DNA of 41,949 bases from Atractiella rhizophila (taxonomy: Eukaryota): contig MU271259.1 in the NCBI GenBank assembly GCA_021432655.1, positions 1 through 41,949 of the forward strand. Direction: 5' to 3'. Positions 10,760 through 20,955 of the stretch are shown here, piece after piece. Each line of letters opens with the position of its first letter. Position 1 is the stretch's first letter. A program made the translations under genes and the position numbers. Below the pieces are notes generated by a model that was not told the DNA's origin, searched no databases, and saw only the letters and a program-made list of their open reading frames with translations.

Positions 10760-13368
10760 TTATGCATTTTCTTTCCCTTTGACTGGTTTCTTCCCCATGC
10801 GGTGCTTGTCTTTCCCGATAACAGTTACACCTTTCCGTCCGACCAACTTCTCCATCATCTCCTTCTTTCCTCCTCCGCCTCTTTTTTCCTTCGCCCTCTG
10901 AATCCGTTCTGCAATCGCTTTCCGCTCTTTTCGCTTTTTCTGCCGTGCACTCTTCTTCTGTGCAGGAGTGAGGGCGTCTTTGGAGGAAGAACTGTTGGCG
11001 GTATAGATTTCCTCTGGAGCGAGAAGAGTAGCCGCAGAAGTTGCGGTGGGGAGCGCTGACTCCATCGCGAGGGACGGCAGATTGGTGATGGTTGTGATGG
11101 TTGTGTTTGGCTGGCAATAGTCAAGTCAACTCAGTCGTTCAAATGAAGTGGGACACTTACAGCTTTCGGTGTGAATCGAGCGTTGCTTAAGGCGTCTAGC
11201 TTACTACTTAGCTGCTCAAATAACAACTCTATCTCGGCATGCTGTTTCTTCGTTTTCTCATCTAATGCCGCATCTTTCTTGAATGTAGGATCGACGGCGG
11301 CGGCTTTATCTTTATTGAACTCGTCTTCGTAGATTTCCGCAAGAGACTTTTGGGATTGGGTATTTTCCAGCTCGAAGTAGCGAGATGGAAGTAAAGCAGA
11401 GAGATCGTAGCTGTGTTTTCGGACGACGTCATCAAAAGAACCCTGCGTGCCAGATTAGGACACATTTTGCAACCCGCTACTGAGGACGTACTTCTAGTAT
11501 CCTTCGTTTGATCATCTCCTCAAGGCTTTCGGTTCTTTCTTGTGTGACGACTGGAACAACCTTGCTGACGTGCTCGAACTCAAGATCCTGCTCCAGAAGG
11601 GAATTTACAGGCCGCTCCTTGGATCGCACTTCTCCTCGCATCATCCATTCTTTCTGTGACACATTCTCCTCTTCAAGGGATTGTATTTGTCGAGTTAACG
11701 AGCGAAGACGAGATTCATGTTTTGTTAATCGAGCATTGTTTGTCGTTTCCGACTCCGACTCGTCCTCCGAATCCGAAATGTCGTCGGAGAACAGGTCTTT
11801 GGTCATCCGTCGCATAGTCGCTGTTCCTCCTTTCGAGGACGAGCCAACCGCTGAAAGTTTCTGTTGATCGCCATCGGCTTCGTCATCCTCACTCTCGCTC
11901 TCATCGTCATCTTGGTCCATCAATCCATCCGCTCCTTCTACTCCTTCCATATCCAAATCTTCACCTTCAAAGCCGTCAGGCCACTCCGCATCTTCCTCGT
12001 CCATCCCAAAATCCTCTCCATCTTCTTCGCTGTTGCTGTCGCTTTCGCTATCCTCTTCCCAATCTTCTGGACCCAGCATCTCACTCAGTTTCCCAATATT
12101 CCCTTTCTCCTTCGTCAAGAGCATCTTAACTTTGGGGACTCCGAATTTCAGGATGAGTTTACGCAGAATCTCTCCCTCTCCTGCATTGGGACGTGGTTGG
12201 ATAGGCTTGACGCGAACGACGGAGGAAAAGGAAACTTGTTTCTTGCCATTCTTCGTTTCCTCTTTGACAGGAGGATGGGTGGTGGATGATTTATGTTTGG
12301 GAGCACGAGGTGGGGGAGCGAAGAAGTCCTTGAACTTCAAATCTGAAGAACGGTGAGCCAAGCGGTGCAAGAATGAGGAAGAGCAAACCAGAGGCAGCGG
12401 TATCATCCCCTTGTTCATCTAGGACTGGGGCAAAGAGGTCGATTCCAAAATCGCTCGTGGTCTGAAAATCGCGTTCTCCAGCATCTGTCTCCCGATGGAA
12501 ACTGCTGAGTGAGAAAAAGTCGTCATCAACCGCTGAATCTGATCGTCTGTTTCTCTGGTAAGCAAATGTCACAAGGACATAGGATAGACGTACGATTTTG
12601 GAAGCGACTGCGTTGATTTTAGAATAGGTATTCGGGACACCATATCGTCTTCTTCGTCTTCGCCATCTAACAAAGCTCGTTTACGCTTCTTCTTGTTGTG
12701 TGGACTCCCCTCGTCGTTGAGGGACGTAACATAGTCCGGGCCCAAAGGGACGTCTTCAACTTCTTCCTCCTCAACGCTAGAATCGCTTTCATCCCCTTTC
12801 GAATCCTCGCTTTCGTCGCTCTCCTCACCAATCAAATCCTGCTCCATTCCCACCACCTTTTCTGCCACCTTGCTCAGCCATCCTCCCTTAAGCTCGAGTT
12901 GATCCCATATTGCTAGAGGTGTGAACTTGTCGCCTAGGAAGAGCTCCTCGATTGGTGTTGGCTGAAGAGGTTGCGATTGTTTCTGAGCGTCAAGCTTAGC
13001 TTTCTTGGATTTGGCGGAGGAGCGAGTGACAGGGGTATCTGCGGAGGGTTTGATGGAGTCAAGGAATGCAGACAGGTGTTTGATGGACTTTGTATCCTCT
13101 TTGACGCCTTCAATCTCGTTCAACACACATTCCCATGCTTTCAATCAAGAGTAAAGAGCTCACTGAAGTCAAACAGCCGCTTCGTAACTCCTAAAAGCTC
13201 CTCCAAAAACTGCTTTCGGTCACCTTCAAAGGTTGCGTTCGCAGGCAGACGATCAGGTAGATTGTTGATCAAGAAATGAGCTTTTTCGCCCAAATTATCA
13301 AGAAATTCCGCGTATTGGGTGTCTACTGGTTCGACTTCAGCGTCTGCGGGCAAGAGAGGGTCGAACAT
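10760..13368 (-). CDS. MPP10: U3 snoRNP / SSU processome protein Mpp10
   Basis: IWDQLEL, DDDFFSL, acidic middle region, LEEENVSQKEWMMRGEVRSKERPVNSLLEQDLEFEHVSKVVPVVTQERTESLEEMIKRRI, LDALSNARFTPK, MESALPT...LLAPEEIY and a Lys-rich C-terminus. Confidence 0.93.
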
Positions 13369-13563
13369 CGTGAGCGTGAGTAGCTGCCAGCAAAAGAATG
13401 GCTGCACAAATTTTTGGATCCTGATGTCAAACCTTAACAACTGAAGCCGGAATAATGGAATATCTGGTGTCAGCTGGGACTGCGAATTGCAAAGTGGAAG
13501 GGGTCATCAGTGCTATATAAGCATTTGTTAGCGAGAGAGAAGTAGTTTATTTTTGTTCTGAGA

Positions 13564-14730
13564 ATGTCTGTCCGTCATGTCGTTTTTGATCTTTTTGGGA
13601 CCATCGTCACTCCGAAACGTCCAGTTCATGAACAATACGTACGACTCATTTTGGACATTCTGCAATTGATTACCTGACGACATCTATAGTTGACAGTAGC
13701 TAGGAGGCATGGCTTGAAGTTGCCCAATAGCGATGACGACACATTGATGGAAACAACTTTGAAATCCAACTTGCGTGCAGGTCCGTCCTGCTGCTCCTGA
13801 CCATGACAATGGCCCACAAATTCTTTCCAGCAATGAAAAGAACCGATGCAGAGCACCCTACCTATGGCAAGGCTACCGGTTTGAACCCTGAGCTGTGGTG
13901 GTCAATGGTGATCAAACGAACGTTCGTTTCTTCAGGTGTGGCAGAAGCAGGTACGCTTCTCTCGCCTTCTACACGACGGACGTATTTTCATGTTGTAAAA
14001 GACTTTGATTCGGTCTCTGGAGACTTAACCCGATCTTTGATTCATCGGTTTGCCTCTAGGGAAGGCTACTCCCTCTTCCCAGATGTCTTGCCCTGTATCC
14101 AAGCCCTCCGTGCATCCTCTCCTCCCATCAGCATCGGGGTCGTTAGCCAAACCGATATGGCCCCTCAAATACTCGACTCCTTCGGTTTCCTCTGGACCCC
14201 AAACACGTCTGGTCGTGCCGAAGACCGAGTAGCTGTGGACGATGATGATGAGGCACTAGGGGCTGCGAAGGGTTGCATCGACGGCCGTAATGTGATCACG
14301 AGCTGGGAGATCGGTTCGGGAAAGCGTACGGAGGAGATTTGGGAGGCCGCTTTTCGGAGGGTGAACGATGTTAGAGAAGGGGCAGGGTTGGAGAAGTTGC
14401 GAAGGGATGAGATTCTGGCCATCGGCGACGATCTCGAATTGTGAGCCCATTTGACACCCTTCGTGTCCATGTGCTTCCCTTCCCGGTCTCTGCCTTAATG
14501 CTGCTGCTCATGCACTCATGCTTCGTTGCTTTTTTTGCAGAGACTTCCTCGCGCCACGGCGCTTCGGTTTTCAAGCGCTCCACCTTGATCGCTCACCGGC
14601 ACCCGCTTTCGGCACCCCCGATGCCGGTGGTGCTGGCAGTGTGACGTCACCACCCTCCACTAATTCTGTTCCTTCTGTTCATTCAGTCCCAGATCTCTGG
14701 AACTTAGTGAAGCTGCTCTCTCGCTTGTAG
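13564..14730 (+). CDS. HAD-superfamily hydrolase (HDHD3/REG-2-like)
   Basis: MSVRHVVFDLFGTIV (motif I), IGVVSQTD (motif II), SWEIGSGK (motif III) and spliced IGDDLELDFLAPRRFGFQALHLDR (motif IV). Stop TAG 14728-14730. Confidence 0.88.
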
Positions 14731-14948
14731 TGCGGTTTAGGAATGCAAAATCATTTGCTGATTGCTAATAGCATCAAGATTCCACGGAATTCAGGTCTGC
14801 GGTCGAAAACAGCGAAGCCCATCTAGTGATCATCGGGACGTATAGGCGTTAGAACGGTTTGTTCTCGAGATCTCTTCTCGGGAAGGACCATATGATGTAT
14901 TTTCATTGCACCAACGGAAGCTGACGTAGCGAGGAATTCCAACATTGC

Positions 14949-14957
14949 TATATAAAA
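14949..14957 (+). promoter_or_regulatory. TATA box of the sugar-porter promoter (copy 1)
   Basis: TATATAAAA followed by a CT-rich leader, 144 bp upstream of ATG 15093. Confidence 0.6.
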
Positions 14958-15092
14958 GGCAGTTGCTTCTCAGTCCTCCCTCACACTTCATCACTTCATC
15001 TCACACTTGACAAACCCCTTTCCCACGACTTTCCCACGCCCCACCTCACAACAAAAACTTCGCCTCCAGACAACAACAACCAACCAAGAAAG

Positions 15093-15542
15093 ATGGGTCG
15101 CATAGCCATGAACGTAAGGGGAGCCTCGATAGGATTAGAAGCTATTCTCGTCGGACTGCTGGCAAGTGTTGGAGGATTCATCTTTGGTAAGCTGCTTGCT
15201 TCCGTTTAAGGCTTCAAGCTCATAATCGTGGATAGGATATGACACTGGGTAACCCTTAGTGAGCCCATTTGACACCCTTCGTGTCCATGTGCTTCCCTTC
15301 CCGGTCTCTGCCTTAATGCTGCTACTCATGCACTCATGCTTCGTTGCTTTTTTTGCAGAGACTTCCTCGCGCCCCGACGCTTCGGTTTTCAAGCGCTCCA
15401 CCTCGATCGCTCACCCGCTTTCGGCACCCCCGATGCCGGTGGTGCTGGCAGTGTGACGTCACCACCCTCCACTAATTCTGTTCCTTCAGTTCATTCAGTC
15501 CCACATCTCTGGAACTTAGTGAAGCTGCTCTCTCGCTTGTAG
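15093..15542 (+). CDS. Predicted chimeric 96-aa ORF: sugar-porter exons 1-2 spliced to the duplicated HAD last exon
   Basis: Exons 15093-15186, 15236-15248 and 15359-15542 join in frame: MGRIAMNVRGASIGLEAILVGLLASVGGFIFGYDTG-DFLAPRRFGFQALHLDRSPAFGTPD...LVKLLSRL*. Expression is unknown. Confidence 0.4.
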
Positions 15543-15768
15543 CGTGGTTTAGGAATGCAAAATTATCGCAACATTTGCTGATTGCTAATAGCATCAAGAT
15601 TCCACGGCATTCAGGTCTGCGGTCGAAAACAGCGAAGCACATCTAGTGATCATCGGGACGTATAGGCGTTAGAACGGTCTGTTCTTGAGATCTCTTCTCG
15701 GGAAGGACCATATGATGTATTTTCATTGCACCAACGGAAGCTGACGTAGCGAGGAATTCCAACAATGC

Positions 15769-15777
15769 TATATAAAA
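15769..15777 (+). promoter_or_regulatory. TATA box of the sugar-porter promoter (copy 2)
   Basis: TATATAAAA 144 bp upstream of ATG 15913. Confidence 0.6.
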
Positions 15778-15912
15778 GGCAGTTGCTTCTCAGTCCTCCC
15801 TCACACTTCATCACTTCATCTCACACTTGACAAACCCCTTTCCCACGACTTTCCCACGCCCCACCTCACAACAAAAACTTCGCCTCCAGACAACACCAAC
15901 CAACCAAGAAAG

Positions 15913-18217
15913 ATGGGTCGCATAGCAATGAACGTAAGGGGAGCCTCGATAGGATTGGAAGCCATTCTCGTCGGACTGCTGGCAAGTGTTGGAGGATTCA
16001 TCTTTGGTAAGCTGCTTGCTCCCGTTTAAGGCTTCCAAGCTCATAATCGTGGATAGGATATGACACTGGGTAACCCCTCTATTCTTCTACCGTCGACGGC
16101 GCTCATCTCTGTCAAAGACAAATCTCTGGCTTCTTGGCCATGGACGACTTCCTCCTCCGCTTCGGAAACTGCACAAACCGAGCAGACGCATCTACCTGCC
16201 ACATCCCCACAGCGAAGGAGGGGTTGATTGTTGGTCTGCTCAGTATCGGTTGTGGAATAGGAGCATTAATTGGTCAGTTTTCGATGTGTTGCATCGAGGA
16301 AGTAAAAAGCTCAGTTGGGGATGTGCATATCGTTAATAAAGGCGCCGATCTTGCGGATCGTCTAGGGAGAACGAGAGCGATGTCCGTTGAATGCCTCGTC
16401 TTCACAATTGGCGTCGTCATTCAGAGTATGTTTCCCTAAACGTCATACGTAATGAGAGCACTTATTGTTCAAACAAGTTACCTCATTCTACGCTTGGTAT
16501 CAAGTCATGATTGGCCGATTCGTTGCTGGTATGTGATCTGTCGATATATTGTTTCGTGACGGTGACGCTGAAGGTTTGCAATAGGTTTGGCGGTGGGAGC
16601 ACTCTCAGCTGCGATTCCAGTGTACCAATCAGAGACTGCCCCCAAACAGATCAGAGGAAGTTTGGTGGCTACTTATCAGCTCATGATCACAATCGGCATT
16701 CTCGTCTCTAACGCCTTTGGAGTCGGAACGTCCACTCTGGGGAATTCTGGAGAATGGAGGATCGTTATGGCTCTGGGACTAGTCTTCTCGACATTCTTGG
16801 GAGTCGGAATCCTATTCGTGCGTTACAACCTGTATTCTCTCTCCGACTCGTTTTCTGATGCTCAAACAGGTACCGGAGTCTCCACGCTGGCTTCTTCACA
16901 GATCAAGGGAGGAAGAGGCGTATCGAGCTGTTTGTAGATTGCGAGGCGTTTCAACTGAAGCCGATGATCCCCTTGCTCAATCGGACTTCCAAGAAATGGT
17001 GGCAAGCGTCAGAGAGGAGAAGACGATCGAACCTGCCACTTGGTTGGACGCTTTCCGATGGGAGAACAAGACTCTCTACAGGACTCTTCTCGGTGCAACT
17101 TTGCAATGTTTGCAACAACTGACTGGGTATGCACTATTCTTTCCGATTGGAAGTTAGCTTGCTCATTGTAGTTACGCAGAGCCAATTATTTCTTCTACTA
17201 CGGAAGTGCGTATATCTGCCTACTGTCTAACTGTGTCTCACGTTGGTCCAGCTCAAATCTTTAACGGTGTCGGAATCAGCAATCCTTTCGTTGTCCAACT
17301 CATCCTTGGTGCCGTAAACGTTGTAACCACGTTTTTGGGTATCTGGCAATTGGAGCGTTTTGGCAGGCGCTGGCCTCTGATCATTGGTGCTTTATGGGTC
17401 AGTCTTTTCTATTTTGATATAGTTTCGACCTCGCTAACCATCCCCTCGTAGCAATCTGCATGGGTATGAACTATTATCTGTGGATTTGATGAAGCCTCTC
17501 ATATCTGTCCACAGCTTTTCGTTTTCGCTGCCTCAGGAACCGCAAAGGATCCCACGGAAAATAAGGGAATTGCCAACCTGATGATCGTCGCAGCTTGTTT
17601 GTTCATCACCGGTTTCGCTTCGACTTGGGGACCGGGTATTTGGATCGTTATTGGCGAGACCTTCTCCTTCAGGACTAGGACGAAGCAGGGAGCCATCGCG
17701 ACCGCTTCGAATTGGTTGTGGAACTTCATGCTGGCTTTCTTCACGCCTTTTGTCAGTGCCTCTCATACATTTCTCTGCATTAGATTTGACAGTCTACATG
17801 TCTAGATTACCGGCGATATTGGCTACGCATATGGATTCGTCTTTGCAGGGTGTAATTTTGCATCAGCGCGTTCGTCATTTCATTCTAACGCGGAAGATCG
17901 TTTCTAATCAGGTCTCGTAGTTGTCGTTTATTTCTTCCTTTACGAATCTTCCGGTTTATCGCTTGAAGCTGTTGACCACATGTACAACGATCCTAACGTG
18001 AAACCTTGGAGTTCCAGCAAGTGGGCACCTCCTGGTCAGTACTCTTTCCCCTGAGGTGATCTACATTCCTAACGATTTGTAAATATCAGGATACAAGAAT
18101 CGTTACCAGTTTGCGGAAGCTTTAGAGAGCGGAAAAGAAGCGCCGATGGAGAAGGAGTCGAAATCTTCTTCTTCTGGAGTTGGTACATCGCACGGCGAAA
18201 AGACGGAAGAAGCATAG
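15913..18217 (+). CDS. MFS sugar porter (hexose/monosaccharide transporter)
   Basis: GGFIFGYDTGQISGFL, ADRLGR, PVYQSETAPKQIRGSLVATYQLMITIGIL, PESPRWL, QQLTGANYFFYYG, ERFGRR, WGPGIWIVIGETF, ASNWLWNFMLAFFTPF and ESSGLSLEAVDHMY. Many short introns. Confidence 0.95.
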
Positions 18218-18416
18218 TTTAATTGAGAAGAGGGTTTAATTATTAGCAGGAATGGACTGCCACATTCCTCAAGCATAATATGTGTACTTTTATCAAGATA
18301 GTCAGTTGTGTAATGTGATATTTATACCAACTAGCTGGCTGTCAATAAAGTCGCTTACTCGTCCAAGCTAGTCACGCATTCGTTATTCTTGCTTTAAGAG
18401 AGATATCAGAGGAAAT

Positions 18417-19403
18417 TTACCAGACTTTCTTTGCTGCAGCAGCAATCTTGTCCACCTCAGCTGTGACCTTTTTGGTGATTTCATCAAGCTTCGGATAGAC
18501 CTCAATTCTTTTCTTCGTTCAACAAGCATCGGAAGGAACGTACCTTCTTTCCATCACGGAACACGTCGTCCTTTGTGCTCCTATTCTGCTGCTCATCAGA
18601 CTTGATATCCTTCTGTGCTTGATTCTTCAGATTCCGAATCGCAACTCTCGCATGCTCGCAGACCTCAGCCGCTTTTCGCGCAAGGTCCTCCCTCACTTTG
18701 TTGTCGGGCCTGCATTTGGTTGAGCAGTCAAAGGCAGTTCAACTCGAGAAGCAGGAAACTTACGGTGCGATCTTAACCAGAAGAGAGTTCGGTGTTGGAC
18801 CAGCATTGGGTGACAGTTTAAGATGTGATGTTTGCAAGGCGTTCATGACTAAACCAACAGCCTAACACCTGCACTCAGTTGAATCAGTCTAGGGAGAGAA
18901 AATGCTTACATCCGTGCTGTAAACGTCAATCTTGAGAGTGCGTGCATCTTGTACGGAAACAGCAGCGTATTCCCTCAACGGAAACTTCTGGCTCCCCTGT
19001 AATACAGTGACAGCGTCCAAAAGACCTTCAATCTCAGTTAGTTCTTACATGCACGTAAAGAGCTTGTATGAGCAACCGTACGGTCCGTCACTCGCCCTGC
19101 TCGTCCTACTACGGGCACCAATGCAACCTGTAACTTCTCGACTTGACTACGCATTCCACCCTCCACCTTCTTCACATTAAATTTGGGCTCTACAAGATCT
19201 GATTGGTCTGGAGCGTCCTTCGGTGCCTCCATGTCCTTAGTTTTCTTTTTCTTCGCGACCACTCTACTATGAGAAAAGGGACGTTGCTGTATTGCTTGGG
19301 CTGGTAAAGAACTAGTTGTGTACAGAGCGATTCTGTATGGGTATGCTGTTCGTAATGCCGAATGAAGGGTTCGGCCCATAGCAAATAACGGTCGTCTAAC
19401 CAT
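18417..19403 (-). CDS. RRF1: Mitochondrial ribosome recycling factor
   Basis: Arg-rich, acid-free presequence MVRRPLFAMGRTLHSALRTAYPYR; GRAGRVT..LLDAVTV; PLREYAAVSVQDARTLKIDVY; LKLSPN; EHARVAIRNL; LDEITKKVTAEVDKI. The exact stop is uncertain because a terminal intron is possible. Confidence 0.85.
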
Positions 19404-19529
19404 TTGAGCGTTCTTAAGGAAGAGAAATAAAGACGGAGACAGGGGAACTTGAGAGCTTCTAAAGTCCGCAGCAAAGCTTATTGGGGGTTACTGCAAGTTT
19501 TCCAATTAAACGACTGCATCTCTTTGAAG

Positions 19530-20085
19530 ATGAATTCGCTGTACACATCCAATTATGAACACTTTCTTCAAGAACATTCCACTTCCACATCAAACCGCAA
19601 TCAAAAGGGCAAAGGCAACAATACGTCGAAAACACCTACGCCCTGTGACTCCAGTGTAGAGACTGTTCGAAGCTTGAGTGTGAGTGGGCGGAGGAGAGCC
19701 AAAAGCACAGAAACGAAGGATCCTGAGATAGAAGGAGTGTACTTAGAAGACGAGTTGCCGAGTTTTCCATTCCAATTTCGCGCAGGGGAGAGAGATCTGA
19801 AGCGCTCTGTAGATGACTTGCCGGATTCCTCACTCCTTGAAGTTCTTCATTATTACGCAGCAAGATTTTATCAAGTGAATGGGATGCTTGAGGGTGGAAT
19901 GGCGAAGCGAAAAGTTCATCCGACACACCAAGACGAAACCAACATGCAAGGCAAAATGGATGGGAGTGCTCTAATTGCTCTTGGTCAGTCTCTCTTACTC
20001 TCGCTATTTGGCTTAAGTACTGCATTTTTTTGTAGGAGTGATAATGGAGGAGACAGTGAAACATTCATTAGGTCGTCAGTCATGA
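19530..20085 (+). CDS. RRN10: Rrn10-like RNA polymerase I upstream activation factor (UAF) subunit
   Basis: LPDSSLLEVLHYYAARFY and MDGSALIALG|VIMEE (one intron) match the fungal Rrn10 pattern as I recall it. Spliced stop TGA 20083-20085. Confidence 0.65.
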
Positions 20086-20955
20086 ATATGCGATTTCGAC
20101 ACCAGTCGACATCATAGTTGCGCTAATTTTGAGAGCATTGTCTCATGGGTCCGTGCGCATGTCGCACATGCACTCGGTTTGGACGCTGATTATTCATTGT
20201 TATGATCCTCATATTCCTGTCCACCTTCTTTCGCCGTTTCTTTCGTTTCCTCCGAGTCTGTTCCTCCTGTGACATCGACCGCTTTAGTTGAAGCATCACA
20301 ATATAAACGTGATGAACAATTGGCACTCATCGTGATGCGAAATGACAAAGTTTCATCTCGCCTCACTCTTCTAACGCCTTCCAGGCATATTCAGTTCTGA
20401 TCCTTTGACCCTTCTTCCTTGCCTGAAATTAATCCCCCCACAAAACGGCCTCCGCAAAACCGCAACAACCGAATGGGGAAAGAACGGAAAGCCGGGAAAC
20501 CCCCACCCAACAAGGGGCCTGCCTAAGGAAACAAACCCCGCCAAGTTGAAAAAAAAGGAACAAGAAAAAAGTTGGGAAATTTAACAACCCCCGGGGGGTC
20601 CGAACCCGCCCGAAAAAGAAAGAACCTGCAGATCTGGCAGGATGCCACTGGTGAACCTTCAAAATGCGCCAAGAGATACACCTGGAATAGAGCGTATTTA
20701 CACGCTCGCCTGGAAGAAAGTGACTTGTCTTTGTGGGCTAATTTGTCTTCATCGTCGAGTCGTCCGCCCTCCAGATTCAACCGCCGGGATTCTTATCCTG
20801 TTGGGCTTTAGGGCGGCGCGGGTACCAGACGTCTGAATTTAACAGACTTTTGGAAACAATAAAATGAAGGCAAAACGATGGAGCAGAACGGCGCCAGTTG
20901 CCACCAAGCCTTGAAAGGTCACCTCTTCCTGTAAGGTTGTACTCGACAAATCACT

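Larger units (their letters stand above)
14441..16076 (+). repeat. Direct tandem duplication of an ~815-bp segment (copy 1 14441-15255, copy 2 15259-16076)
   Basis: Both copies begin GTGAGCCCATTTGACACCC and end GACACTGGGTAACCC, separated by TTA. They differ by scattered SNPs and small indels. The unit holds the HAD last intron and exon, the intergenic region with TATA box, and sugar-porter exons 1-2. Confidence 0.97.

Noticed and set aside
14441..16076. Direct repeats read as retrotransposon LTRs
   Set aside because: The copies are adjacent, consist of host-gene exons and promoter, lack TG...CA ends, and enclose no gag/pol.
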